A stretch of DNA of 64,000 nt from an uncultured Mailhella sp. (GTDB lineage: Bacteria; Desulfobacterota; Desulfovibrionia; Desulfovibrionales; Desulfovibrionaceae), in the NCBI GenBank assembly GCA_910577155.1, contig CAJTMS010000005.1, positions 848 to 64,847 on the forward strand, given 5' to 3'. The position numbers were made by a program, and so were the translations under genes. Position 1 is the first letter of the stretch; every line of letters starts with the position of its first letter. Below are positions 1 through 10,774 of the stretch, piece after piece. The notes beneath the pieces were generated by a model, which worked only from the letters and a program-made list of their open reading frames with translations, had not been told where the DNA came from and did no database searches.

Positions 1-245
1 ACAATCAGTTCTCTGTCAGGCGCCTTTGTTTCCCAGAAAATATAGGTTGATGGCATAAATTCTATGGAACCGGTCCGTTTTTGCGTCGTGTTGCTTTCAC
101 GGTGGAAAAGTTCCTGATTGAATTCGGCTTTAAAGTTTTTCATGCTTTGGTAAGACTGCTCAACATTATGTAAGAGCGACACGTCAGCAAAGGCAGGAAA
201 AAGAAAGCAAAGAGAAAAAATGCAGGTAAAAAGAATTTTTTTCAT
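1..245 (-). CDS. LolA-like outer-membrane lipoprotein carrier, N-terminal part (gene runs off the left edge)
   Basis: Not in the ORF track because there is no stop in the window. The ATG at 245 reads MKKILFTCIFSLCFLFPAFADVSLLHNVEQSYQSMKNFKAEFNQ...GSIEFMPSTYIFWETKAPDRELIV. This is a signal peptide followed by the F-x-Q...F-W...P...IV pattern typical of LolA N-termini. Confidence 0.5.
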   Translation of the reverse strand, partial: MKKILFTCIFSLCFLFPAFADVSLLHNVEQSYQSMKNFKAEFNQELFHRESNTTQKRTGSIEFMPSTYIFWETKAPDRELI

Positions 246-251
246 AGTATT

Positions 252-282
252 CCTAAAAAGAAGGCTGTCTCATGACAGCCTT
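252..282 (-). terminator. intrinsic terminator downstream of eno
   Basis: A 9-bp stem AAGGCTGTC/GACAGCCTT (261-269 / 274-282) with a 4-nt loop. On the minus strand it is followed by CTTTTT. Confidence 0.6.
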
Positions 283-290
283 CCATTCTT

Positions 291-1613
<1,323 letters not shown>

Positions 1614-1656
1614 TTATTATTTTATGGATTAGTGGATTAATTAAATGATAAATAGT

Positions 1657-2436
1657 TTAAGCTAAAAGAGAAGAAGACGCAAGGCGTAAACCTTCTAAAA
1701 TTAAATCTTGCTGTATTACATCAATTTTGTTGCTTAATTTTGAAATCTCCCGGGCATAGCCGCCGGTAGCAATAACGCAAAGAGGAGCAGGCAGCTGTGC
1801 TGCCAGTTTTTCACAGAGCCCGTCTGTGACGGCAACAAAGCTGAAAATAAAACCATGGTTCATACTGGTAACGGTGTCTTTACCGATGAGCGGGGTATTT
1901 TGGTCAAAATTCAGGGTAATATGGGGAAGTTTTGCCGTACCTTGAGAAAGGGCATGAAGGGAAGAATATAAACCGGGGCAAATAAGTCCGCCTAAATAAT
2001 CCATTTCCACGATGCAGTCAAAGGTTGTTGCCGTGCCGTAATCAACGCAAATAATGCTTTTGCTTTTAGGATACAGCATACGGGCGGCATATGCCCCCAT
2101 GAGCCTGTCGGCACCTACTTCCTGCGGGTTTGCGTATTGATTGCCCAGAGGAACGGAAAAATCAAGGGGAAAAATTTTAGGAGCAGCATGCAGATATTTT
2201 TGACATGCCTGATAAAAGATTTTTCCCAGTTCCGGCACAACCGAACAAAGAGAAATCGTTTTAACTTTTTTTATGTGCTGTAAGCTGAGAAACTGAAGCA
2301 GTGTCAATCCCAAACTGTCCGCTGTATACAGGGATTTTGTGGGAAGTGAAATACTAAAAGCAATACCGGTTTCATTTGCAAGACCAAGTTTGATAGTGGT
2401 ATTGCCGATGTCGGCAAGTAATATATAGTTATTCAT
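1657..2436 (-). CDS. coaX: type III pantothenate kinase
   Basis: MNNYILLADIGNTTIKLG... and GADR, GTATTFD motifs. I trimmed the ORF-track start (2556), which overlaps corC, to the ATG at 2436. Confidence 0.85.
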   Translation of the reverse strand: MNNYILLADIGNTTIKLGLANETGIAFSISLPTKSLYTADSLGLTLLQFLSLQHIKKVKTISLCSVVPELGKIFYQACQKYLHAAPKIFPLDFSVPLGNQYANPQEVGADRLMGAYAARMLYPKSKSIICVDYGTATTFDCIVEMDYLGGLICPGLYSSLHALSQGTAKLPHITLNFDQNTPLIGKDTVTSMNHGFIFSFVAVTDGLCEKLAAQLPAPLCVIATGGYAREISKLSNKIDVIQQDLILEGLRLASSSLLA

Positions 2437-3265
2437 GGGAATGTATGTCTTGAGTGCTTTTCTTTGCAGAAATTTTATGAATTTGTTTTGTATCCGCTTC
2501 AATAACGGTAAATTCCCAATCGCCAATGGTAAAAACTTCATTGACAACAGGAACATGCCCTGCCTGCAGGCTTAAATAACCGCCAATGGTGTCCACTTCT
2601 TCAGATTCAATGGGAATAGCAACATCATTCAAATCATCAAGCATGGTTCGACCATGGAGCAAGTATTCATTTTCATTGATTTTTTGTATATCTTCTTCTT
2701 TTGGTGCATCAAATTCATCTTCAATGTCACCAACAATAATTTCGAGGAGATCCTCAATAGTAATCAGCCCGCTTGTTCCGCCGTATTCATCAACCACAAT
2801 GGCAATATGGTTTTTTCTGGCTCGAAATTCCTGCAATAATTCCGCAGAACTTTTTGTTTCCGGAATAAAAAATGGGGCGCGTGCGATTTTTTCTACCGGA
2901 TCAGAGTAGTCACGGTTGTTATTGATAATATACGTAAGCAAATCTTTGGCATAAATAATGCCGATAATGTTATCTTTTGTATCTTTATAAACGGGAATCC
3001 GTGAGTGCCCGTTTTCTAAAATACATTGTGCTGCTTCTTGAATTGTGGCGTCATAGGTCAGACAGGTAATATCCGTACGTGGGGTCATAATTTCCTGAAC
3101 TTGTTTTTCGCTCAGTTCCAAAACCGATAAAAGCATATTGCTCTCTTCAGCTTCAACGTCGCCCTCTTCACGTGCATCCATAATAGCTTGTTCTAAATTA
3201 TCATCAGATTTTCCAAATAAATGGGTAATCTTGTCCCACATAGAACGCTGCGAATCACCGTCCAA
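2429..3265 (-). CDS. corC: CorC/HlyC-family protein (CBS pair plus CorC_HlyC transporter-associated domain)
   Basis: Collinear with E. coli CorC (IMTPRTDI..., IAIVVDEYGGTSGLITIEDLLEIIVGDIEDEFD, EEVDTIGG). TTG start at 3265, preceded by AAGGAG. Confidence 0.85.
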   Translation of the reverse strand: MDGDSQRSMWDKITHLFGKSDDNLEQAIMDAREEGDVEAEESNMLLSVLELSEKQVQEIMTPRTDITCLTYDATIQEAAQCILENGHSRIPVYKDTKDNIIGIIYAKDLLTYIINNNRDYSDPVEKIARAPFFIPETKSSAELLQEFRARKNHIAIVVDEYGGTSGLITIEDLLEIIVGDIEDEFDAPKEEDIQKINENEYLLHGRTMLDDLNDVAIPIESEEVDTIGGYLSLQAGHVPVVNEVFTIGDWEFTVIEADTKQIHKISAKKSTQDIHSHE

Positions 3266-3597
3266 AACAAAACTCCTTTGTTATGGTTTATAAAAATGCA
3301 TTTCCCTGTGAAATACTTTAGTTATTTATAGCTTATTTTTCCTGTTCTGTCCAGTATATGACGCAGGATAAAAAATAATCGCTTTGCTATGGAACGCCGT
3401 TGGGAGAAATTTTATAGCTGTTATTTTTTTTCATTTGTGAACGCTTGGTTATAGTATACGGTTGTTTTTATAATAATTTGATTTAATTATAAAAATAGGA
3501 AAAAAGAATTTCTTGAAATATTCTGTAATAATATCACATTGTTGTAAGTTAAATCTTATGCCATGGCACAGCTGAAATAATGAAAAGGGAAAAGAAA

Positions 3598-4377
3598 TCA
3601 GGAAAAAATTTTGAAGTTTGCAGAAAGGAAATTCATCATAATGGTATTTTCGCTTTCGTTTTCCGTATAAAGCATAATATTGTCAAGGGCATAAATAGTA
3701 ACAGGCATAAGCGTATGCTTTTGGGTGGGCAAAAGAGGGGGTAAGTCAAGTTCGGAAATTGTTTGCTCACCAAAAACAACTAAGACCCGTGGACGGATTA
3801 AATCAATGGCAGACCAAAAAAAAGAATATTCCTGCTCTGCTGCAATTTCTGATTTTCCTTCTGCATTAATGATGCGGTAGGGCAGGAAAATATGCGTCCC
3901 TTTGGGCAGAGCAAGGGTTTTGATGATTTGGTTCAGGAGCTGCCTGCGCTTATCGCTCGGCGTATCCGTGAATAAATCATATTCCAGACCGGCATAGGTC
4001 CAGATAATTTGCCGTGAAAGATGTGCAGGCTTTTCAGAAGAAAATTTACATTGTTTTTGGATTTGCTTCCAAGCAGGACACCATTTATCATAAGGTAAAA
4101 CAGGCTGACGCAGAGGGTTTTTCTCAAACGCACTTTTTTCAGGTTCTTTTTTACTTTTTTTCTCTTTTAAAAGTGGAGGAAATTTGTCTTTATAAGGATT
4201 TTCTTTTGGGAGAGTTTTTATCTTGAACTGTTCGGCGGGGCTTTGAATTGTAGGTACAGATTTTTTTTGCGGCACAGCTGCAAGCGCTTTTTTTTGTGCT
4301 TCCGTATCTGCAAGCAAATACTGTAAGCCTTGGGACTTGAGGTTTTGGATAAGATAGGGGTTTTGCATATTATACAC
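3598..4377 (-). CDS. hypothetical protein, possibly a degenerate uracil-DNA-glycosylase-like fold
   Basis: 259-aa ORF that overlaps the coaBC stop by 8 nt (translational coupling). The C-terminal half loosely follows the family-4 UDG layout but lacks the catalytic motifs. Confidence 0.5.
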   Translation of the reverse strand: MYNMQNPYLIQNLKSQGLQYLLADTEAQKKALAAVPQKKSVPTIQSPAEQFKIKTLPKENPYKDKFPPLLKEKKSKKEPEKSAFEKNPLRQPVLPYDKWCPAWKQIQKQCKFSSEKPAHLSRQIIWTYAGLEYDLFTDTPSDKRRQLLNQIIKTLALPKGTHIFLPYRIINAEGKSEIAAEQEYSFFWSAIDLIRPRVLVVFGEQTISELDLPPLLPTQKHTLMPVTIYALDNIMLYTENESENTIMMNFLSANFKIFS

Positions 4378-5623
4378 TTTCCAGATAAGACAATAAATCC
4401 CATGCTAAATCCGCTTTGGACATCGTTCCCCATTCTTCTTCAATATTATTTTTATCGGCAACATAGACTTTATTGCTTTTTTTGCCCATGGCTTCACTGA
4501 TGAAGTTTCCCACAACAATATCACAATTTTTTGCAGATAATTTTTGGCGGACAGATTGAGCCAGTTCATGGAGCTGCGAACCTGCTTCAGCACTGAAGCC
4601 CATGAGTTTTTGATGAGGTTTTTTGATTTGCCCAATGCTTTTTAAAATATCCTGATTAGGGCTGAAGTGGATGTCAAAGCCATCGCTGTGATATTCTTTT
4701 TTAAATTTTTTGGATTGGAAAAAGCCGGTATTCTCTTCCTGATTAATACCTGCATCCGGTTTAAAATCAGCCACTGCAGCCGTAAAAATGCCATAATCCA
4801 TGGTATGCCATAAATCATGACACGTTTCATACATTTCATCGGCACCGGTGACAGGAAAAACATGTATACGCATATCTTCCGGTAAATATTGCTGGTTGGG
4901 ACCAGCTACGGCATATACTTCTGCCCCGCGAAGCCATGCTGTTATGGCTATGGCTGTACCCATGGCTCCACTGGAATTATTTGTCCAGACACGCACGGCA
5001 TCCCATTTTTCAGCCGTTGGTCCAAGGGTAATAAGGATTTTTTTACCCAAAAGGTCTTGCTCTGTTATAAGAGCCAGAGAATCATAATAAATTTTTTCAA
5101 GTCTTGCCAGTCTGCCCTGTCCTTCTTCTTTGCAGGCGACAAGCCCCGTTTCCGGTTCAGTGAGGAAATATCCGCGTTCCAGCAGTGTTTCAACATTGGC
5201 GTTTGTGGCAGGATTTGTCCACATTTTCGGGTTCATAGCAGGGGCGATAAGAACAGGACCGTCAAAGGCAAGAGCCTGACAGGCAAGCATTTCATCTCCA
5301 AGTCCATGGGCGAGCCTTGCGATGGTTGTTGCACTTGCCGGAGCAATAACCATTGCATCGGCAAGTCCCCCCGGTTCTAAATGGTCAAAGGCTTGTTCCC
5401 CCTGAAAGATCTGTTTGTAAACTTTGCTTGCTCCCAGAGCTTCAAAGCTGAGCGCTTGGATGAATTTTTCCGCTGAGGGTGTGAGGGTCACACTGACATG
5501 AATATTGCATTTTAAAAAGGCACGCATGAGTTCGAGGCTTTTATAGGCGGCAATGGAACCGCAAACTCCCAAGTGGATATGTTTTTGGGCATGTTTTTTA
5601 TATTGCAATAATTCGTAAGGCAT
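4370..5623 (-). CDS. coaBC: bifunctional phosphopantothenoylcysteine decarboxylase / phosphopantothenate-cysteine ligase
   Basis: 417 aa with an N-terminal flavoprotein domain (GVCGSIAAYKSLELMR) and a C-terminal DFP ligase domain (ITLGPTAEKWDAVRVWTNNSSG). Confidence 0.93.
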   Translation of the reverse strand: MPYELLQYKKHAQKHIHLGVCGSIAAYKSLELMRAFLKCNIHVSVTLTPSAEKFIQALSFEALGASKVYKQIFQGEQAFDHLEPGGLADAMVIAPASATTIARLAHGLGDEMLACQALAFDGPVLIAPAMNPKMWTNPATNANVETLLERGYFLTEPETGLVACKEEGQGRLARLEKIYYDSLALITEQDLLGKKILITLGPTAEKWDAVRVWTNNSSGAMGTAIAITAWLRGAEVYAVAGPNQQYLPEDMRIHVFPVTGADEMYETCHDLWHTMDYGIFTAAVADFKPDAGINQEENTGFFQSKKFKKEYHSDGFDIHFSPNQDILKSIGQIKKPHQKLMGFSAEAGSQLHELAQSVRQKLSAKNCDIVVGNFISEAMGKKSNKVYVADKNNIEEEWGTMSKADLAWDLLSYLESV

Positions 5624-5625
5624 AG

Positions 5626-6165
5626 CTATTTCCCGTCAGAAAAAACTGAGTTTGCCCCAAAGTCATTAAAATTATCATTGAGCGGAGCGGATTGGAAAGC
5701 GGGAGTATCTCCAAAATTAAACGGATCATTGCCTTGATTTGGCAGGGAGAAATTATTGATATGGTTGACAACCCAAACTTGCATATTGGTGTTGAACGTA
5801 CCTGATTCAATGAAAATAATTAAATATCTTGAGTCCTTTTGATAGAGCTGCAGGGTTTTTTCTCCTTGTATTGCCCCAACCAAAGACCAGCTTTGTGAAG
5901 TAAGGTTTTGTACCATATGAGCAGCTAAATTGCTTGCTTCCATATTTCCTTTAAAGTTTTCACGTCCCAGTTTTTCGCCTGCTGAATTAACGGTGGTCAG
6001 GCTGTTTTTAGGATCCGGTTCCATGAGCATGGGAATAGGCACTTCCGGGAATTGGCTTGTATAGACATTGCTGACAGTGCTTGCTGCAGGACTGTCAGAA
6101 GACATATCCATATTAAAACACGCAGTAAGAAAAAGAAAACTTGCAAGCAAAATAAATTTTTTCAT
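5626..6165 (-). CDS. lipoprotein, function unknown
   Basis: N-terminus MKKFILLASFLFLTAC has a lipobox (LTAC). It is tightly packed upstream of coaBC. Confidence 0.65.
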   Translation of the reverse strand: MKKFILLASFLFLTACFNMDMSSDSPAASTVSNVYTSQFPEVPIPMLMEPDPKNSLTTVNSAGEKLGRENFKGNMEASNLAAHMVQNLTSQSWSLVGAIQGEKTLQLYQKDSRYLIIFIESGTFNTNMQVWVVNHINNFSLPNQGNDPFNFGDTPAFQSAPLNDNFNDFGANSVFSDGK

Positions 6166-6224
6166 AGGAACTCCTTATTTTTAAAAGTAATATCCTGTTT
6201 TAATAAATGGTGCAACAGAATTTC

Positions 6225-7709
6225 TTATCGCCAGAATTTTGGCATAAAGAGCAGCAGAATGGTAAAAATTTCCAAGCGTCCGTACAGCATGAGAAAGGAA
6301 AGCACAGTCAGGTCGAAATCATTAAAAATACTGAAATTATGAGTTGGTCCCAGCATGCCAAGAGCAGGTCCAATATTGGAAATACAGCTTATTGTTGCAG
6401 AAAATGTTGTTTCTAAATCAATATCGGGTGTTGTCAGGACAAGGGTGCCAAGCGCAATACTCAGGATATAAAGCGCAAAAAAGATAAGAACACTTTTGAC
6501 AGCAGTATCATCAAGGGGATTACCGTTGATTTTGATGCGTTCTATGGCACGGGGGTGGCTTAAGCGGTTGAGTTCATTTCTAATAAGTTTAAAAATAATC
6601 ATAACCCGCATGAATTTCATGCCGCCGGAGGTTGAGGCCGTACAGCCGCCGCAAATAATGGATAACAGAATAATAAGATGTGTAAAAAGAGGCCATTGCA
6701 TATAATCTGCTGTGACAAAACCGCTTGTTGTCATGAGGCTGACAAGTTGGAATGCCGCATCGCGTAAAGCCCGTTCTATGGTATAAATGCCCCGTTCTTC
6801 GTGCAAAAGGTATTGGGCATGGGTGTCGCTGAAATAAAGACAGGCGGCAATAAGAAATATTCCCACAAGCAGATACAGGGTATAACAGCCCCATTCTTCA
6901 TTTTTGAAATAGGTTTTTATGCCGTCGTGCAGAAAGAGAAAATGCAGGGTAAAATTGATACTTCCCAAATACATGAAAAAGATCATGGTCCATTGGGTGA
7001 GTGGACTGAAAGCCGCAATGGAAACATTTTTGCTGGAAAAACCGCCTGTGGAAAGGGTGGAAAGGGAATGAACCAAAGCGTCAAAAAAAGAAAGTCCCTG
7101 TAAATATAAAACAGCAATAAGGGTAAGGGTGAGGACAAAATAAATAACCCATAAAGAACGGGCAGTATCAATCATTTTTGGGGCAACTTTATCCTTGCTG
7201 ACGCCCGGGGTTTCAGCTTTGTACAGCTGCATGCCTCCTGCACCGATAATAGGCAAAAGGGCAAGAGAAAAAACAATAATTCCCAGTCCGCCAAACCACT
7301 GCGTAAAGCTTCGCCAGAATAAAACTCCCTTTGGCAAAATTTCCACATCGGCGAATATACTTCCGCCTGTAGTGCTCAGTCCCGAAGCAGATTCAAAAAA
7401 ACTTTTGGCAAAGGAAACTTCGGTGATAAAGTAATAGGGCAGCGCACAGATAAAGGTTGCAAAAATCCAGCAAAGTCCCACAATGGCAACTCCGTCACGG
7501 GTGGTAAGCTGGATTTTTTCTCCTTTAGGAGGCTTGCTTGCAAGAGCCAGTAAAATCCCGCCAAAAAAAGTGAGTATAAAGCATTTTACAAAAAGAGTTA
7601 ATGTTGCATATTCTTCATAGAAAAAAGAAACAATACCGGGAAAAACCAGAAAAAGGGCAAGGCATATTGTCAATAAGCCCAAAATAAAGAATATGTTTCT
7701 TAATTGCAT
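6225..7709 (-). CDS. trkH: TrkH-family potassium uptake membrane protein
   Basis: 494 aa, polytopic. Repeated pore-loop signatures (SGLSTTGG, LSTGGFS, MTTSGF, TSGGMK) are typical of TrkH/KtrB. Confidence 0.9.
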   Translation of the reverse strand: MQLRNIFFILGLLTICLALFLVFPGIVSFFYEEYATLTLFVKCFILTFFGGILLALASKPPKGEKIQLTTRDGVAIVGLCWIFATFICALPYYFITEVSFAKSFFESASGLSTTGGSIFADVEILPKGVLFWRSFTQWFGGLGIIVFSLALLPIIGAGGMQLYKAETPGVSKDKVAPKMIDTARSLWVIYFVLTLTLIAVLYLQGLSFFDALVHSLSTLSTGGFSSKNVSIAAFSPLTQWTMIFFMYLGSINFTLHFLFLHDGIKTYFKNEEWGCYTLYLLVGIFLIAACLYFSDTHAQYLLHEERGIYTIERALRDAAFQLVSLMTTSGFVTADYMQWPLFTHLIILLSIICGGCTASTSGGMKFMRVMIIFKLIRNELNRLSHPRAIERIKINGNPLDDTAVKSVLIFFALYILSIALGTLVLTTPDIDLETTFSATISCISNIGPALGMLGPTHNFSIFNDFDLTVLSFLMLYGRLEIFTILLLFMPKFWR

Positions 7710-7739
7710 TGGTATGCCTTTTTATCCCTATTTCTATTT

Positions 7740-8600
7740 CTATTTTTCCAGTTCAATGCTCAAATGTTCTGCCAGCTTTGCATCTTGGTGAGGCAGTGCT
7801 TTTGCTTTTTGGAAATGCTCTTTTGCAAGGGGGTCCTTGTTTAATTGATAGCGGTACAGCATGCCGAGGGAATAGTGCAGTTCTGCGGAATCCTGCAGGG
7901 ATAATGCCCGTTCCCATTGTTCGGCAGTTTTGTCAAATTGAGAATTTTTGGCAAACACTTGTCCGTATAAAAAGGGAAATACGGCATTGTTGGGTGCAGC
8001 TATAATTCCCTGCTGCAGGAGAGTTTCTGCTCCCTCTGTTTCATTATGGGTCAGGAAAATTTCTGCTACGGCAGCAAGGGCAGTTTCATTGTTTGGATTT
8101 CCTTGGAGAGCGGCAAGGTTTTCTTCAAGGTATTTTATGCTTGCCGTATCGCTGTGACCTTTTATGTGGCTGACAGCTTTTTGGACAGGATCGGCACTTT
8201 CCTGTTCCCGGGCTTGTTCCTGAGCAGCAAGAGCCTTTAGCATTTCTTCAGGGAAAGCTTTTCCCTTAGGCATGTTTTGCATGGCAGGCATGCCCTGATT
8301 TGTCTTTGAATCTTTTTGTAAATCCTCAATGGTAAGCCCTTTTTCCTGCATGGCTTTCAACATTGCAGGGGGGATATTTTCCGGAAGCATGGTTTGCGGA
8401 GGAAGGTTGGGAGCTTCCTGTTCCCGCATTTGTCCTTGATTTTCCGCAGGCTGGAATGCGACTTTTGTTTCGCTGTTTGCCGTTTGTCTCACGGCTGCCG
8501 GCGTGGATTTATTTTTTTCAATATAAAAGTTCACGCTGACGAAAAGCATGGCAAGAACGCCAAGACCGCTTATTGCCAAAATAAGTTTTTTAAAATTCAT
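7740..8600 (-). CDS. membrane-anchored TPR-repeat protein, possible CcmI/CycH-like cytochrome c maturation factor
   Basis: An N-terminal TM helix followed by C-terminal TPR-like repeats (LAAVAEIFLTHNE..., FLYGQVFAKNSQFDKTAEQWERALSL..., HYSLGMLY). It is the last gene of the ccm transcription unit. Confidence 0.65.
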   Translation of the reverse strand: MNFKKLILAISGLGVLAMLFVSVNFYIEKNKSTPAAVRQTANSETKVAFQPAENQGQMREQEAPNLPPQTMLPENIPPAMLKAMQEKGLTIEDLQKDSKTNQGMPAMQNMPKGKAFPEEMLKALAAQEQAREQESADPVQKAVSHIKGHSDTASIKYLEENLAALQGNPNNETALAAVAEIFLTHNETEGAETLLQQGIIAAPNNAVFPFLYGQVFAKNSQFDKTAEQWERALSLQDSAELHYSLGMLYRYQLNKDPLAKEHFQKAKALPHQDAKLAEHLSIELEK

Positions 8601-8611
8601 AGAAACTCCGT

Positions 8612-8749
8612 TTATTTTTCTGTTTGTTCAGAAAGTATCTGGATTTGTTTTTCAAGTTTACGCTGTTTGCCGGTCAAGAGGAAAAAATACAAGGCAAAGC
8701 CAAGCCAAAGGGCAATATTTGCACAAACCAGTGAATAGAGAGCACTCAT
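8612..8749 (-). CDS. ccmD: CcmD-like small membrane protein
   Basis: 45-aa ORF below the ORF-track cutoff: MSALYSLVCANIALWLGFALYFFLLTGKQRKLEKQIQILSEQTEK. It has one TM helix and a basic tail and sits exactly between ccmC and the TPR gene. Confidence 0.45.
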   Translation of the reverse strand: MSALYSLVCANIALWLGFALYFFLLTGKQRKLEKQIQILSEQTEK

Positions 8750-8758
8750 AAAAAATCC

Positions 8759-9457
8759 TTATTGTTCTTCTTCGTAAAGAAGTTTTGTTTTTATTGTTTC
8801 AAGTTTTAATTCTTGGGTTAATTGTTGTTTTCTGTAGCTGACGAGCCAAAACCATAAAAAGACAAAGGAAAGGACGCAGAAAATAATGGTATGCACCATT
8901 TCCGGTTCAAGCCCCGTGCCGTTTGAATGAAAAACGGCAGGGTGAATGGAACGCCAGAGGCGGGTGGCAAAGAAGACCAGAGGAACGTCCATAAATCCGA
9001 TAATGGCAATGACAGCACAAATATTATTTTTTTGTTCTTTGGGCATGGGCATGCTTCGGATAATAAGGTAAGAAGCAAAAATGAACCATAAGATAAGGGC
9101 GGTAGTCAGTTTTGGATCCCAAGTCCACCAGACCCCCCAAGAGTGTTTGCCCCAAAGACTGCCTGTGATAAGGGTTAGGGAGGCAAGAACAAAACCTACT
9201 TCCGCATTGGCATGGCTTAAAATATTAAAGCGCTGTGATTTTTTGACAAGATAAAGGATGGCAAAAAGGGCAGAAAAGAAAAAACTGACAAAAGCCCACC
9301 ATGCAACGGGTAAATGATAATAAAATATTTTTTGGGCAAGTCCGAGGGTTTGTTCCATGGGGGCATAGAAATAGATGAGAAATTGAGAAATGACAGCGGA
9401 AAGAATAATGCCTGCCGCAAGGCAAAGGGAAACAGATTTTTTCATGTTATTCTCCAT
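8759..9457 (-). CDS. ccmC: heme exporter protein CcmC
   Basis: WWD-type tryptophan-rich motif (WGKHSWGVWWTWDPKLT) in a polytopic membrane protein. Lies within the ccm operon. Confidence 0.9.
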   Translation of the reverse strand: MENNMKKSVSLCLAAGIILSAVISQFLIYFYAPMEQTLGLAQKIFYYHLPVAWWAFVSFFFSALFAILYLVKKSQRFNILSHANAEVGFVLASLTLITGSLWGKHSWGVWWTWDPKLTTALILWFIFASYLIIRSMPMPKEQKNNICAVIAIIGFMDVPLVFFATRLWRSIHPAVFHSNGTGLEPEMVHTIIFCVLSFVFLWFWLVSYRKQQLTQELKLETIKTKLLYEEEQ

Positions 9458-10136
9458 GATAGAGATAGGGGAAAAGGATTAAGCCGACAGCACTGAAAAT
9501 ACAGTCAAAGGCAAGGGCAATGCCGAGCCACTGATAGATTTGTGTTATATCAACAAAGGAATTTTGTAAATCAAGTAATCCCACGGAACTTAAAGAAATA
9601 GCGGATAAAAGCAAAGGAATTAATAAGGGAAAGAGGATAATGCTCAACAGGGATTCTTTGCCTGACTGTCCTACACATAAGGCTCCGAGTAAACTTCCGC
9701 AGGCGCAAATTCCGACATCGGTTAGGAAAATTCCCAGTAAGGAGTAGAAATAATGCGTTCCCAAATGCTGAGCTAAAAAAACAAAAACTGCTGGGATGAA
9801 AATAAGCTGTGAAACAAATAAAAGGAAAATTCCCGCTGTGAATTTACCCAGCCAAACGGTTTGCAACGGACAGGGAAGGGTTTGCAAACCTGCCTTTGCC
9901 CCGTTTTGTTCTTCAATGGCATAGAGCATTTGAAAAATGAGTACCTGACAAAAAATAGAGGCAAGCCAAAACATAGTTGAAGCTGAATGGGGAGAAAGCA
10001 CTTCTCCTGTCTGCAGGGAAAGGCTGAACAGAAAAATGAGCAGCAGTCCCAGCAAAAGAGCTTGGCACAGCCCTGCACTTCTGCTCAAAATAATGGTTAA
10101 ATCTTTTTTGGCAAGGAGGAATGCTGTTTGTATCAT
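9447..10136 (-). CDS. ccmB: heme exporter permease CcmB
   Basis: 229-aa, six-helix-type membrane protein located between ccmA and ccmC, with overlapping starts and stops. Confidence 0.85.
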   Translation of the reverse strand: MIQTAFLLAKKDLTIILSRSAGLCQALLLGLLLIFLFSLSLQTGEVLSPHSASTMFWLASIFCQVLIFQMLYAIEEQNGAKAGLQTLPCPLQTVWLGKFTAGIFLLFVSQLIFIPAVFVFLAQHLGTHYFYSLLGIFLTDVGICACGSLLGALCVGQSGKESLLSIILFPLLIPLLLSAISLSSVGLLDLQNSFVDITQIYQWLGIALAFDCIFSAVGLILFPYLYHGE

Positions 10137-10774
10137 TCGCGTTCTCCTTGTGCGGCAGTAAGCGCCATTTGCTGTTTTTCAATGTGCAGGGTATGGGTGG
10201 CATAGCTTAAATCTTTTTGCGGATTGTGGCTGACCCATAAAATACAGGCTTTTTGCGCTTGGAACTCGCGGATAACAGCGTAAAAAAGCTCCTGAGATTC
10301 TTTATCAAGTCCAGTGCCCGGTTCGTCCAGCAGCAACAGCTGTGGATTTTGCAGAATAATTCGGGCAATATTGAGGCGCTGCGCCATACCGCGGGAAAAA
10401 ATCCCTGCCTGATCATGGCTGAATTTTTCTAAAAATACTTTTTTTAGCACAGCCGTAATTTCTTGTTCCGAACAGTCTTTTTGAAAAGCCTTTGCCCAAA
10501 ACCGTAAATTTTCATAGGCGGATAAATGGGGATAAATAAAGGTTTGGTGCCCTAAATAGCCGATTTCTTTTTTATCCGGAGTACAGGTTATTTTTCCCTG
10601 ACTTGGTTTTGTCAGCTCTGTGACCATTTTGAGCAAGGTAGATTTTCCTGAACCGTTTTTTCCCGTAATCAGAACGGTTTGCCCCGGATATAAGCAAAAA
10701 CTTACGTTTTTATAGAGTAAACGTAAGTCATAGAGTTTGCTTATATTTTCAAAGGTCAATACAGGATTATTCAT
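10133..10774 (-). CDS. ccmA: heme exporter ATP-binding protein CcmA
   Basis: Walker A GKNGSGKST, ABC signature FSRGMAQR and Walker B LLLLDEP. Confidence 0.9.
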   Translation of the reverse strand: MNNPVLTFENISKLYDLRLLYKNVSFCLYPGQTVLITGKNGSGKSTLLKMVTELTKPSQGKITCTPDKKEIGYLGHQTFIYPHLSAYENLRFWAKAFQKDCSEQEITAVLKKVFLEKFSHDQAGIFSRGMAQRLNIARIILQNPQLLLLDEPGTGLDKESQELFYAVIREFQAQKACILWVSHNPQKDLSYATHTLHIEKQQMALTAAQGERE

